Positions 1 through 13,076 of a DNA stretch of 64,000 nucleotides are shown piece after piece. Within the stretch, counting starts at the first letter, position 1, and every line of letters begins with the position of its first letter. The translations under genes were made by a program, and so were the position numbers. The DNA comes from Eledone cirrhosa (taxonomy: Eukaryota). The notes under the pieces were generated by a model, which was given only the letters and a program-made list of their open reading frames with translations, ran no database searches and was not told the origin of the DNA. The DNA lies in assembly GCA_964016885.1 (NCBI GenBank), contig OZ024743.1, positions 27,528,001 to 27,592,000 of the forward strand. Reading direction: 5' to 3'.

Positions 1-35
1 TATATATATATATATATGTATATATGTATATATAT

Positions 36-737
36 ATAACTTTGAATAACTTTGAAATGTTTTGGCCAGTATTGGCCCAGGCCATGTCTAACTTAATAGC
101 ACCACCTGGCGAAGTCTTTCAATTCAGGATGTGGGCACCATGGCCCATTCGAGAAGGGAATTACTGTTTGCGGAGACATATCCGGGTGTGGGTGGTTTGT
201 CCGGGATTACTTGGAGGAATTTGTCCAAAGACTTCTTGAATTTTGTGTGGTCAGTTTCTGTTTTGACGTGTCCTGGTGTGATGTTGAAGAGAGCAGGGCC
301 GATTGAGGTGAAATAATTGTGCCGTATTGTTGTTATGAGTTGCGATTTAGATTTTTGAATGGGACGGATAGCACGGAGCCCAAGCCTTGGGTGTATCTTG
401 AAGGCGATGCCAACATCATTTGGGCAGTGATGATGGAACATTTTCCACATCATGCAGATAATATAACGCTCACGGCGACGTTGGAGTGAGTAAAGTTTCA
501 GGTTTTCTAGTAGACCCCAGTAGTCAAGGTCTGACATGCCATCTATATTTTCGTGATTGCCCTTTGAGGAGCTTCAAGTTTCATGATACTTTGTTTCGTG
601 TGGGGAGACCACAATGGACAACAGTATTCAAGGTGTGGTCGGGCAAAAGTAGAGAAGAGAAGGATAATGGTGTGGGAATCTCTCGACTGGAAGGTTCTGA
701 GGATCCAGGAACACATTCTGCGGGCCACGTCAACTTT
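36..737 (-). mobile_element. CR1/L2-group LINE 3' fragment (RT C-terminal region, frameshifted)
   Basis: ORFs 543..728 and 124..537 contain [23 protein letters not shown] and [13 protein letters not shown], typical of the CR1-group ORF2 C-terminus. A short tandem tail (ttcaaagtta x2 on minus) abuts (TA)n. Confidence 0.85.
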
Positions 738-744
738 GCTGCTT

Positions 745-761
745 ATATATATGTATATATG

Positions 762-793
<32 letters not shown>

Positions 794-837
794 TGTTTAT
801 ATGTATATATATATATGTATATATGTATATATATATG

Positions 838-872
<35 letters not shown>

Positions 873-893
873 GTATATATATATGTATATATG

Positions 894-924
<31 letters not shown>

Positions 925-945
925 GTATATATATATATATGTATA

Positions 946-984
<39 letters not shown>

Positions 985-985
985 A
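745..985. repeat. (TA)n/(TATG)n microsatellite
   Basis: Seen directly; source of the IYIY ORFs. Confidence 0.98.
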
Positions 986-986
986 T

Positions 987-1316
987 CTAAGGCGGGTAAA
1001 ATTCCCGAGATCCATGGACGAGTTCTCTCCAGCGGCCTCTGTCCCTCATCATCGCTGCCATATCCTGCATCTCCAACAGACCAGTGTCTGTCCTTAGGGC
1101 ATCAACATATGTTAACCTTGGTCTTCCTCTTCTAGTGTGTCCATGTAGGGGCTCCCAAAGGAGCACTGAGTGCAATGTCAACTCTGGATGTCGGTGAGCA
1201 TGTCCAGCCAACCTCAGTCTTCTCTGTGTCACTTTTGAGCTGACTTTTGTGATACTCCCATACAGCTCTGAGTTTTTCATCCTCAGTGTATACTGATTAA
1301 TGTTCAGAGCCATCCA
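987..1316 (-). mobile_element. RTE-clade LINE 3' fragment
   Basis: RRLRLAGHAHR...[11 protein letters not shown]...DRGRWRELV is the RTE ORF C-terminal pattern. Confidence 0.8.
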
Positions 1317-1547
1317 TTAAAGTTGAAAATTGCAAACTTGACTGTCACCACACATTATTAACCTGAAGATTGCGAAAGCATGAAAGTACTTGTTCAATTA
1401 ATACTTAACATTTAATATTCTACCATACTATTTCATTCTAATACCATTATAAATGTTAAAGGATTTTAAATAAAACGAGTAAATCAGACAAAGTTGGAAT
1501 TCTTTTTATTAATATAATCTTCTATACACAATCATACACACCCGTGT

Positions 1548-1755
<208 letters not shown>

Positions 1756-4070
1756 GTGCTGGAACACTGGAAGGTAATATCCGTAGTGGTAGAGCACTCA
1801 GTCCATGGGACGAGTTAGGTAGAAGTGGTTACACAACAGTTAGTTCTCCATAACGAGAACAATTGTTTCACCTTAGCGGAATGGGCATGGTTATAGGAAC
1901 AGGAAGGACAACCGTATGAACGCGCATGCGCAGAAAACAGGTCACTTCACACAGGCAATACTAGAATGTGTCAGAGAGGTGTAAGCGAGATAACTGCAAA
2001 AGGCCGAATAGTTTTTAGTTGAAAAATAAAATTACAAAGAATCAGTCCGGAGCCTTGTAGTTATGCAATAGGTGTTTGGCGACGTGTGGACAACGTGCGA
2101 AAAATTCACTCCTCGTGTTTAGGCAATCACTATTGCGTAATCTCTTTAGAATAGTTATTCGTTCGTCAATACATAAGCCACACGTCGGATTTCCCCTTGC
2201 GTATGGCTTGGACTTAGTGATAGCTTTCCATTGAATGGAGTAGTCTATACTTGAGTCCTTGAGGGACCATACGTGGCTCGCGAGTTTTGTGGATGAACGT
2301 CTGTCCGGGTACCTGAAGGTAGACTGGTGGTTCAGAAAACGTTTCTTAAATCGGCCCTCCGCCATGCCCACATAGGATTTGACCTCCTGTGGTTCCTTTG
2401 GTCGGTTGGAAGTGACCACAGCTTCGTACATTGCAGCCGGTGTGTTGCATTGCTGTTGAAGGGGGAAAGCCTCAGGCTTACGGCAAGAGCACCCTGGAGA
2501 GGTATTGCTGCTAGGGCTGCTGGTGATGTGAGCCTTTATGTACTTAGCGCAGGAGTATCCTATATTAACTTTGTTTCGGTTAAAGATGGAGCGGTATTTA
2601 TGACCTATGGGAAAGTGTCTATCTAAGAGGGCTAGAAACTTTTTTCCTACATTAGTTTTAACGTTGAGTTAGAATGGAGGAGAGAACCAGATAGTTTATC
2701 TATTGTTGCGCTTACTTTTCCTAATGGTGTTGCTTTGTTGCTAGTGGGAGAGTAAGTGATAGGTTGTGAGAAGCCGCTGTTAGCCAACGCCGTGTTATAG
2801 TAGAGTGCCGCCCTGTCAAAGATAGCCTTATTATAGGAGAGGTTTGAGATTCTAGTACTGATATTCTTAACGAAGTTTCTAAAAACAGTGGGAGGGTGGC
2901 ATGAGTCCTTGTGAATGTAATTTAGTTTCTCGTTTAGCTTATGGAAGGGTCTGTGTGTGTGCGTGCGAAGGTCTAAATTAATGTCTAAGAAATATACGCT
3001 AGAGAGGTTGGTGGCTACTGTTATCCTAAGTCCTAACTCATTGAAGGGAGAAGCTAAGTCTTTTTTAAACCGATCGAGGTCGTGACCACTTTTATGGCTC
3101 TATAAAGTCAGTCCACCGTCGCGGTATATTCCCGTGTCGAAGTCCGGGAATCTAATACGTAATATGTCATAGATAAATAGGCCAACCAAGTCACATACGT
3201 CAGCACTGTCTAACAATCCCATGGAGACGTCGAATAGGTCTTAAGTTGTAGACTTCTTTGCCCAGGCTACTCCGTCGTTGAAGGGGAGGGTTTTCCGGCA
3301 GTGAGCGATGATTTCCCTGTCTAAACCATCGACGGTTGTATAAGTGGTAGCGAAGTCCAACGCTTTGTTTAACAGGGTCTCTGAGATCGACGGGTAAAGA
3401 TCGACAATGTCAACTGTGTGAACTTTGCTTTTTCGGATTTTAAGGAGTTAAACCACTTAATTACGGAGTCGCTGTTCCCCCACTGGGGCAGGTTGGACTT
3501 GGTCCTAATGGTCTTAACTATGTTTCTAAGTTATGGCCTTACTGACTCGTCCCATATCTGTGCGTGCCGGATTTATTAGTCTACATGTAGGGTTAGAAGT
3601 AAAGTCTACCTTGTGATCTTTCAGGGTGAGGGACGCCTCCCGCTTAGCTAGAGATTGTAGCTTCTTATCTACCTTAAGGTCGGCGGCAAGTTCCTTGGCT
3701 TCTGTATTAATGTCATGGTAGGCCATAGGGTTAGCTTTCTTATATTTAGAAGTAATGGCGTTATGGGCCAGGTGGCGGAAAGTGGTGTTGTCGACTTCGT
3801 AAATATTATTAGTTTTGTCGGAAAGGACGAAGGTGTTCTTAGAAGACTTAAATTTCTAAATATCATTTCTGAGTTTCGTTTGAAATGTGTTAGTGTGTTT
3901 GTAAAATGAAATGTTAACGATTAAGTCAAGAAGGTCCGTCTCGAAATGAGCAGGTTCAGTTACCTTAGGAGGGTAGGCTCTCGATTTCAGGTTGAATGTG
4001 TTGTTGGTGCCTGTAATTTTGCCGTCAAAAGCTAGGGCTCGCCATCTACATTTATATATGCACACATACC
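1756..4070 (-). mobile_element. Degraded Penelope-like element (YRDD-type RT + C-terminal GIY-YIG)
   Basis: Fragments RWRALAF, DKTNN and TLKDHK..NPTCRLINP; the catalytic motif reads IYRDGGL near 3110-3130; GIY-YIG ORF 2042..2431 (YVGMAEGRFKKRFLNH, CGLC). The 3' end abuts (TA)n. Same type as 47773-50900. Confidence 0.88.
2042..2431 (-). pseudogene. PLE GIY-YIG endonuclease domain
   Basis: YEAVV..SYVG..FKKRFLNH..LASHVW..CGLC..LNTRSE..CPH. Confidence 0.85.
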
Positions 4071-4588
4071 AGCTTGAGCCCTCGATGCATACTTGGGTCC
4101 GTTTTGTTATGTGGTATTTGACATTTGGATAACACGTAAAAGGAAAATAACAGAAAAGCTCAGTTATTTTTCAGGCAATTTTTGTAACAGACGATCGTAT
4201 ATTGGAAAGAGATGAATTAAAACTCCCACCCCAGTAGTGAATTAGATCTTATTTTACACGCCAAAACCTGTTGTTTATCAAATGATATGATAAAGCTTGT
4301 GTACTTTCATTACTTTGAGTTAACTGAACCTACATGAAACGTAAGTCTGAATAGTGAACTTATTTATCAAAATCAAAGGGCAACCAATGAAAAAAAGACC
4401 ACCAAAGCTGCCAGGATTCAATTGTTAGAGACAGACCAGACAGTGTAAGTTAAGATAAGCTATATCCCAAGTATATTTACATGGTTACAAGACCAACACG
4501 ATAAATCATTAAAACCTCCTCCAAATAACATGACTTCTATGAAAATGAGAAACTTGAATGTATAGTCAAAATTGTTGTATCCTTATAG

Positions 4589-4857
4589 CAGACCTGTCAA
4601 CTCTCCCGTCCGACGAGGAGAACTCTCACCCACTTTGGTGTAGATGAGAAATTATTTTCTTGTGGAAATGGGTATAGCTTTCATTGTGTAAAATCTCCCC
4701 GTTTTGGCGCACTGTTTTTCATGGTACTCCCTGTTTTGGGGCACTGTTTTTCATGGTACTCCCTGTTTTGGGGCACTGTTTTTCATGGTACTCCCTGTTT
4801 TGGGGCACTGTTTTTCATGGTACTCCCCGTTTGAGTTTTTAGAGGTTGGCAGGTCTG
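4589..4857. mobile_element. MITE with about 13-16 bp TIRs and an internal 32-bp tandem repeat (4 copies, 4695-4830)
   Basis: Left end cagacctgtcaact; right end aggttggcaggtctg (reverse complement cagacctgccaacct). Internal unit ctccctgttttggggcactgtttttcatggta starts at 4695, 4727, 4759 and 4791. Confidence 0.7.
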
Positions 4858-5274
4858 TTATAAGTTTAGAACATAAGTCTGCCCCTATAATGTCTTTTAA
4901 CTACGCCTCTCTCTTTACCAGACCAAAACAGAAGTCTAGACAACTGAAACAGGAACATATGATTTCAAAACATTTTTAACAACATCTATATCCAACTATC
5001 AATGTATCCACTCTTCCTGTTCGGTTAAATATCCTAATTGTGTCAACATTTTCACTACTACACAACTGCGTACGTTAAAAGCTATTACTTTTGATTTTTC
5101 CTTTAATATAAATGTATATTTGTGTAGCATATTATAATCTCTAAAAAACCTTCTTTATATATCAGAATCAGCAAATATGATTTGTGGATTAATGTTTATG
5201 ATATACAGTAGATAAAATAATATACTATAAGAAAGCTATTCACTGCACCCTCTCCTCATATTTATATAGTAAAA

Positions 5275-5676
5275 TTGAGAGCTTTGATATGTTTCAGCCA
5301 GTATTGGTTCCGGCAATGTCTTACTTAACATCACATAATTTGGATACGATGGCCCACTTAAGTAGAAAGTTACTGTATTCGGAGACAAATCCGGGTGTAG
5401 GGGATTTATCTGGAATTTCTTGGAGGGATATGCCTTTTTAAATTTGTTTCTATTTTTATGTGTTTTGATGTAATGTTAAAGAGAGCCGGACCAGTTGAGG
5501 TGAAATAATTGTGCTGTAATGTTGTTATGAGATGCAAGTTTGGGTTTTGTTGTGAGCCTATAGCACAAATATAAGTGTATTTTAAAGATGATGCCAACAT
5601 TATTGGCACAATGCAAGATAATGTACCGCTCACAGCGGAGTTGGAGACAGTAGAGTTTCAGATTCTCTAGTCGACC

Positions 5677-5680
<4 letters not shown>
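5275..5680 (-). mobile_element. Second, more decayed CR1-group LINE 3' fragment
   Basis: HNYFTSTGPALFNIT matches HNYFTSIGPALFNIT of ORF 124..537, with clear nucleotide similarity. Confidence 0.8.
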
Positions 5681-5728
<48 letters not shown>

Positions 5729-6665
5729 ATTACTCTGCGGAGTAATTTATTAATTACTCTCTCATTGAGTACTTTGTGACAGCCTTCAAAAATCGATTGT
5801 TGACCTGCTGCTCGCAGCTACAACTTCGGTTATACTCATTATATATATATATAAATATTAAAGAGAACTAGAGTTATTTATTTTTTAGATTTACACTCAG
5901 CATCGCTGTTAGGTTTTCCTTTTTTTTTTTACACATAAGCACACATACACATGCATGCATACATATATAGGTCTGTATTTAGGTGCGTATATTAGATAGA
6001 TGGGCATGTTAGTTTCTACGTGTATGTGAACTAGACTTCATAAATATATTTTTCCAATATTCACTTATCGTATATTTTAGAGTTAGAATTGACATTTCTC
6101 TGCTAATTCTGGTGAAAATACTGGGCTAAATAAAACAATTGACTTTTAAAACTATTCTCAAACAACAATTACATTTCATCTTTAGTTTTATTTACAATCA
6201 ATTTTGAAAATTATTGATATTTTCTCAACCTTATATGAATTTGATTGGTTTGTCTGTTGGCACATTCATTGCTGAAATGTAAATTTTACCTAAAAGAACT
6301 CAAAATATATCTGCGAGATAATTATCCATCTATCTTCGGCCAAACCTAACCACTTCATGCAAAGATTCAAATAAAAAATGTAAAGGTAATTCATCATAAT
6401 AATTCGCTTTGTAGATTGCATTCTCTTAGTAGATTACTTTGGTGATAAAATATTACAAGGAGGGTTGATTTGTTTGAACGTTTGAATTTCAACATAATGA
6501 TTTGATAGAGTTTTGGTTAATGTTTCACGTCCAATTCTTTCTGGTTACAAGTGAGGGAAACATCTAAGTGCTAAATGTCATGGTTACTCATTTATAGCAG
6601 AGTGAACTAGAGCATATTCATGCTAAATCTTATAGTTAACATTTCCTTTCTCTGTCAAATTAAGT

Positions 6666-6716
<51 letters not shown>

Positions 6717-6717
<1 letters not shown>

Positions 6718-6913
6718 CGAAGGAAATGTGGTAAGGAACCAGGTGGACCATAACGCACCAAAGTACTCAATACTTGAGGTAGTAGAGTGGGTAATAGGAA
6801 CCAGTAAGACCCCGACAGCTGAGCTCAAGCCGTTTCGACGGCTAATTCTGGACTCCGTCCAGAATTAGCCGTCGAAACGGCTTGAGCTCAGCTGTCGGGG
6901 TCTTACTGGTTCC

Positions 6914-6916
<3 letters not shown>
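6717..6916. mobile_element. Fold-back PLE pLTR remnant in (TA)n with a perfect 60-bp inverted repeat
   Basis: Arms 6794-6853 and 6857-6916, loop tcc. The arms carry an HHR 3' half (GAAAC-ggcttgagctcagct-GUC). Confidence 0.75.
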
Positions 6917-6940
<24 letters not shown>

Positions 6941-6944
<4 letters not shown>

Positions 6945-7696
6945 GGATATATGAGAGGGGTGAACCCAGATATAAGTATACATGTGTTCCAATTGCAAAT
7001 GACCAAGTTAGCTAGGCTGAAAAAATACTAATTAAAAAGAATATGGTTTGCCTGACTAGATTTAAAGTAATAAATCAATAAAAATAACAAACCTATATCG
7101 GGCAATAGCCTTTGATACCCGGACGGACTTAAATCTGTTTCGCAAGAATAATTAAGTGAAAGCCAGAATTCCTGTGTTCTTCTGAGGGTATCCAGGAAAA
7201 TTCATACCTTTCACTTCAAAGGATGTAAGAAGACTGAACGATATGCTGATATAAACGCACATGTTGCAGCGTCTAGCACGTCTCATACTCATGCCGCTAA
7301 AAATAGCAGCTGGGTTTATGGGACTAAAGTTAGCTCTACATAGGAGCCGAAAATATCATAGATTGAGATAGATACTCAAAATAGTCTTTTACAATTAGAA
7401 AGCTCAAAGAAGGGAATCTTTGCGAGCCGTGTAATAGAATTGAATATATGAGAGGGATAAACACAGATATAAGTATACATGTGTTCCAATTGAAAATTAC
7501 TAAGTAGCTAGGTTGAAAAAATACTAATTTGAAACAATGTGGTTTGCCTGACTCGATTTAAAGTAATAAATCAATAAAAATAACAAACCTATATCGGGCA
7601 ATATATCCAATTATATTACACGGCTCGGAAAGATTCCCTTCTTTGAGCTACTTAATTGTAAAAGACTATTTTGAGTTTCTAACTCAATCTATGATA
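6941..7696 (-). mobile_element. Decayed ~497-bp HHR repeat (about 1.3 units) plus inverted 96-bp segment, in (TA)n
   Basis: 6941-7105 recurs at about 7438-7601; 7601-7696 is the reverse complement of about 7353-7450. Confidence 0.75.
7114..7192 (-). ncRNA. Hammerhead-like motif with CAGAAGA core
   Basis: Minus strand: gataccct CAGAAGA [stem II caggaat..attcttg] GAAAC agatttaagtcc GUC cgggtatc. Confidence 0.55.
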
Positions 7697-7713
7697 TATA
7701 TATATATATATAC

Positions 7714-7995
7714 ATAATAACAAGGACGATATGTTGTGCCTTCATTACATTTATTGAGTAGTGACGCGCGTTTAGATATTGAACAACTCAAGGTTCGATC
7801 TGTATCGATCTAGCCTGACTCTGGAATCAAGTGCTCGTCGGACCTCTATTGACAGATTCTGTCAATAAAGGTAATAAAGACAAAACATATCGTCCTCTTT
7901 ATTATTATTACACTCTGCTTTATTCTACACCTCTATACTCTATGGAAACTACACACCAAGTGCTCCCTCTGGTGAACCTACAGTAACTGGACGTA
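7714..7995. mobile_element. Diverged fold-back element in (TA)n (probable PLE pLTR remnant)
   Basis: Imperfect inverted repeat at about 7714-7757 and 7862-7906; contains gacgcgcgttt, the reverse of a GAAACGCGCGUC-like HHR tail. Confidence 0.5.
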
Positions 7996-8110
7996 TATAT
8001 ATATATATATATATATAGTAATAATAATAAGTTAGAAGACTAAAATCCAAAGAGGGCTCGATAAGGAAAATATATATCAAATATATAAGAACCGTAGAGC
8101 AAATATTTAT

Positions 8111-8965
8111 TAAAATAACAGATTAAAGTTTAATCCTTAACGGGATCTTCTGAAACTAACAAAGTCAATCTGTAAACGCAGAACTGGATATTTCAAAAGA
8201 CGTTGCAACCGGAGGAAGACAGGAAGACGATACTTTGGTTCGTGGAAACGTTCCCTTGCAAAGAACGGGAAAAAACGAATATAATACGTCATTAATAGGA
8301 GCGGTGAAAAACAATTACGCGCAAAGACAAAACCACGTTTATGGTATAAAAGAGGTTGTAGACTAATGTTCTCTTAGGTGGTGCATAGAGACGTTCTCTG
8401 GCAATGAACGAAAAAAACGAAGATAATACGTCATATGTGGAACGTGGAGAACAATAGCACGCAAAGACCAAACCACGTAAATGGTATAGCAGAAGTCGTA
8501 GACTAAAATTCTAACTAGGAGACCGAATGAATCTCCGCTACAGAGTTAAGAACAAAGTAAATAAATACAATACAGAAGTAATAGAAATAAATAAATACAT
8601 ATACGCAAACAAATACGTACATACACAAGCATACGCAAAAAATTACCATAGGTATACAAAACCACGCACATATAAATATGTGTGTGTGAGTATGCGTGTA
8701 TACAAATAAGTAAATAATTATATAAACGTATATAAATAAATAAATACGTATATAACAAGCGCACACACATACCTACATGTAAATATACGAATGTTCGGAG
8801 ACGTAAGTCAACCAAAACATGAAGTACACATATACACACACCCACCATACGTACGAACCTACATGCTCACACAGACGCAAAACTCCCGTATACCCATAGT
8901 CAAACCATATGTACCAGAATATATAAAATTATACGCCATAACAATCAAATATACGTACGAGAAGG
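8111..8965 (-). mobile_element. 3' UTR/pLTR fragment of the PLE family at 47773-50900
   Basis: Collinear and highly similar to 47774-48660; its HHR has lost GAAA and stem III by a deletion of about 20 nt. Confidence 0.88.
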
Positions 8966-8990
8966 TATATATATATATATATATATATAT

Positions 8991-9061
8991 AACGAAGGAA
9001 ATGTGGTAAGGAACCAGGTGGACCATAACGCACCAAAGTACTCAATACTTGAGGTAGTAGA
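8991..9061 (-). mobile_element. About 70-bp pLTR tail identical to 6717-6787, within (TA)n
   Basis: aacgaaggaaatgtggtaagg...gaggtagtaga occurs at both sites. Confidence 0.8.
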
Positions 9062-9079
9062 TTAAATATATATATATAT

Positions 9080-9600
9080 AAATGTAATCTGAGTTTTTCG
9101 AATATTAATAATAATATTCGATTCGTTTGCAATTATGCAAACAGCCTCTCTTTTAAAGCCATCTCAGTAGAATGAGCTCCTCATTCTTGCTCTTGTGTTG
9201 GCATATAAACAGAAGTGCAGATACTAATAGTTCTGGGTATTACCCTTCAACAGTAGAGTTCACTGTTCACCTGTCAACTGTCAGAGCTAGTGAAAATATA
9301 GGATATTTTCTAAAATATACAGTGACTGATCGACCTGATTTGCATTTTAGCAGACTGGCTGATCAGTCAGATCTACATATTGGCAGATCCACTGATTTGC
9401 AATATTCAAATAAAAAAAATAAAAGATTTTCGCTCTACATGGCTGAATACAATAAATGTAATCTGAGTTTTTCGAATATTAATAATAATATTCGATTCGT
9501 TTACAATTATGCAAGCAGCCTCTTTTTTAAAGCCCTTTCAGTAGAATGAGCCCCTTATTCTTGCTCGTGTGTTGGCATGTTAATAGAACTGCAGACACTA
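9080..9600. repeat. Partial tandem duplication, period about 373 bp
   Basis: About 9080-9225 recurs at about 9453-9600, including the hairpin tcgaatatta..taatattcga. Confidence 0.8.
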
Positions 9601-9859
9601 CATTATCTCTCTTTCATCCGAAGAAACCGTATGTGTTTTGTTAGGCCAGGAGATGATTGAACTTTACCAGGTTTAAATGACCAATAGCCCCTGTAAGGTG
9701 GACATACGGTACAGATAAATGGTGTTAGTGTTGTGGATAAATGTATCCTCCATGATCAGAGAAATCTATCGACAAAGAATCAGTAAAGTAACAATTGGGA
9801 CTTGTGGCCCTCATACGTTTCTCAGAGTAATTATGAGTATGTATGTATGGTCGCTTAAC

Positions 9860-10180
9860 TCCTGATAGATTCATATGGGTGCCTTATTGACATTCGGCTT
9901 TTCTAGGGCATTTTAAGCCTGGCAGAGTCCATCCCTCTCCAGGCCTGAGTACAGCAGATTTCTTCCAGAGAAAGATAGAAAGTGAGAGAGAGAAGAAATA
10001 AGAAAGAGATATAGAAGAAGAATCGACCCCGGTACTAGGCTGGTACTTTTTTATTCGACCTCGAAACGATGAAAGGCAAAGTTGACCTCGGTGGTATTCG
10101 AACTCAGAGAGTAGAGAGCTGGAACAAATACCGCGAAGCATTCTATCCGACGTTCTAACGACTCGGCCAATTCGCCGCCA
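9860..10180 (-). mobile_element. tRNA-derived SINE (OK-like head and core, different 3' tail)
   Basis: Minus strand: ggcggcgaatTGGCCGAGTCGTtag (A-box-like), gagTTCGAATacc (B box), core gaggtcaactttgcctttcatc. Confidence 0.85.
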
Positions 10181-10364
10181 CTAATTATGTGTACAAATGT
10201 ACTACTAAAATCCATACCAAAGAGTCTAGTATATTTAACCTTGCATGATATGCTGTACACTTCCTTGAATGCGTGTTTATGTGCATATATGTATTGACGT
10301 GTGAATAGGGCACTGCAAAGACTATGAGAATACATTCAACCTAGAAGACAAAAATTATCCTATT

Positions 10365-10530
10365 GAAAGTGGTGATGATGGTGGTGGCGGTAGTGGTAAT
10401 AATGATTGTGGTGGCGGTAGTGGTAATAATGATTGTGGTAGTAATGCTGATGATTATCATGATAATGACGATAACTGCTATGATGACTACAATGTTGACG
10501 TTGGTATTAGTTATGATGGTAGTAACAGCT
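10365..10530. repeat. Degenerate (GTG/ATG/GTA)n trinucleotide repeat
   Basis: Seen directly. Confidence 0.85.
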
Positions 10531-11922
10531 ATAGCGTTTAGCATAATCAATGTTAAATATGCACTTTCGTATGTGTTTGGTTATATGGGAGTTTACGAAT
10601 ATATATATATATATATATTATTAGTTGTAAACTTAGCAAAGTGACTGCTAAAATTGGAAATAAATCATGAATGTACGACATATTTTCTGGATGGGAGCCA
10701 AGGATATTAGTTAAAGAAGATTTATCGCACAACATTATATAATGCACAATATACAACAATGGCATTCAATTATATTCGAACATCTTATATCCTGGTTTTC
10801 TTTAAGTCAGTTATCAGACACAGTGTTCTATCACATAGATTGATTTTTAAAGGTGTTTAACCCTTTCGTTAATATGCCTTTAATTTATAACAGTTTTCCA
10901 ACTCATATTTAAAGAAATCAACAATTTGCAGTGATTAACATGGAGCATAATTAAACCTTAAATTAACAAGTAATGATATGATGGAACGTTTTGATATGAA
11001 TGTAAGAATTGAAAATATGCATCTTTGTACTGTATTTCATGTATATGTATTTACAATGCTTTTATCAAATCTCATTACTTTTAATGAATCTGCATCATTC
11101 TCTAAGCAAATTTAGACCTTGTTTTGTTAATGCTTAGGAATATTTTCCCCCCAGAAAGTAATACTCTAAAAAGGAAGATTTTGACACAACGACCACCTGA
11201 AATATAAATACTGCCTTTTTCTATTGACATTTAACACCACTTTATTGAACAAATTGACTATTTCCATTGCATTAGAACTTTCCAAAACAAGGATGTTCTC
11301 TAAACTAATTAAATTTCAATTTGTATTCGCCTTGCACTTAATGCCTTCGAAAAATAGTGCAAAGAGTATTATATTGCAATGGAACCAAGTCTTAAACTAA
11401 ACTGATGACTTACGAATCGTTGAATTCACAATGTATGTTAAGAATTGACATTTTATTGGCAATATGGAAATGGTTGAGATGCCTTCATTACATAGGGATG
11501 TGAAGAATGTTGCGCATACGATCAAGTTTCGTATCACAAAATTCTTGATCAGACCGGATCAACAACACTGAGTTTGAGATGCTTTCATGCCACAAAGGAT
11601 TAGGAGGTAATGTTTAAAGAATGTCCTCACCGGCCAAAGATACTTATGCACAGATAAATACATGAAATAATGTGTGCAGTGGAAACCCCGAGGTGGCGGT
11701 ACACGAAACAAATAAAGCACACGTAGTAATTGTGGTTTCTGGAGGAACGTCTATTGTGGAGGAGAAATACCTATCTTCGACACGACTGCCCTGAAAGTAA
11801 CCACGAAAAGAGACCCGAGCATAGGCGGAGCGAGTGGAAAGAAGGACGCTAACAACAGAAACAATTAAATCCAACTCCATCCCGATTCCGATGTTGTTCG
11901 CGTTCTCTAAGTTCAAACATAA

Positions 11923-12152
11923 GTATATACAGCTATCTAGAAACACACGTGTATATACAGCTATCTAGAAACACACGTGTATATACAGCTATCTAGAAAC
12001 ACACGTGTATATACAGCTATCTAGAAACACATGTGTATATACAGCTATCTAGAAACACACGTGTATATACAGCTATCTAGAAACACACGTGTATATACAG
12101 CTATCTAGAAACACACGTGTATATACAGCTATCTAGAAACACACGTGTATAC
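11923..12152. repeat. 28-bp minisatellite, about 8 copies
   Basis: Unit gtatatacagctatctagaaacacacgt repeated head to tail with no spacers. Confidence 0.95.
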
Positions 12153-12216
12153 AACGTAATCAGGATCTCGGCACCAAGATATGACAATGATGATCATGAT
12201 TCCGTGGATTATGATG

Positions 12217-12600
12217 ATAATAATAATAATTGTTTCTACTTTTGGCACAAGGCCAGCAATTATCCCAGTGTATTACTGGTACTTTATTTTATCGTCCCCG
12301 TAAGGATGAAAGGCAAAGTTAACTTCGGTGGGATTTGAACTCAGAATGGCAAGGGCTGTAACTCTGTGCTGGAAAGGATAGTGTCCGACTCTCTATCCGA
12401 TACTGCCCGTCCCCCGCCCCTAAAATAATGTGTTAATGTGATTTAGTGGGAGGAGAAAGTCGATTAAATTGACACCAGTGCATTACTGGTACTTTATTTT
12501 ATTGTCCCCGTAAGGATGAGAGGCAATATTAACCTCTCGGAATTTGAACTCGGAACGTGAAGGGCCATGGCTCTATGCCGAGGCTCTACCGATACTGCTA
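12217..12600 (-). mobile_element. Two adjacent OK-like tRNA SINEs
   Basis: Plus strand shows ttgtttctacttttggcacaaggccagc...ccccgtaaggatgaaaggcaaagttaac...tttgaactcag; (ATT)n tail on minus. Confidence 0.85.
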
Positions 12601-12929
12601 ATGATAATGAATAGATGAATCGGTTTCCCTTATATTTCACTTAAAACTGATATTTCTACAACATCTAAATACGGCAAAGCTTAACTACAGCTGAACCCCA
12701 AGGATTATAACTGCAAATGGAAGAGCAGCCAAACTTCTTGTCTTTTTGCCGGTATATTACCATCGGTGACGGCGTAAATTGATCACATTTCAACCGGTAT
12801 TACTAGGCTGAAACGGATTTGTATGTTTGCGTTTTTTCAATCAATAGTTCGTATATCTAAACCTGCGTTCCATCCGATCCTTAATAAGGACATTTCCTTC
12901 GCTAAATACAGCCATTACTTTGATACATC

Positions 12930-13076
12930 ATTGATAAAATAAAGTACCAGTAATGCACTGGGTATTTGCTGTCCTTGTGCCTAAAGTAGAAACAATTATT
13001 ATTTTTAGAATAAAGTACCAGTAATACACTGGGTAATTGCTGGCCTTGTGCCAAAAGTAGAAACAATTATTATTTT
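12930..13076 (+). mobile_element. Two tandem SINE 3' fragments
   Basis: aaagtaccagtaat.cactggg...ccttgtgcc.aaagtagaaacaattattatt occurs twice. Confidence 0.8.

Noticed and set aside
486-1135. IY/CV/TH/RE-rich ORFs here and throughout the window
   Set aside because: They are translations of dinucleotide microsatellites.
4695-4830. 32-bp repeats resembling a CRISPR array
   Set aside because: Head to tail without spacers, inside a MITE.
10100-10180. tRNA gene
   Set aside because: The A/B boxes belong to the SINE head; no full cloverleaf.
11923-12152. 28-bp repeats resembling a CRISPR array
   Set aside because: No spacers and a eukaryotic context; it is a minisatellite.
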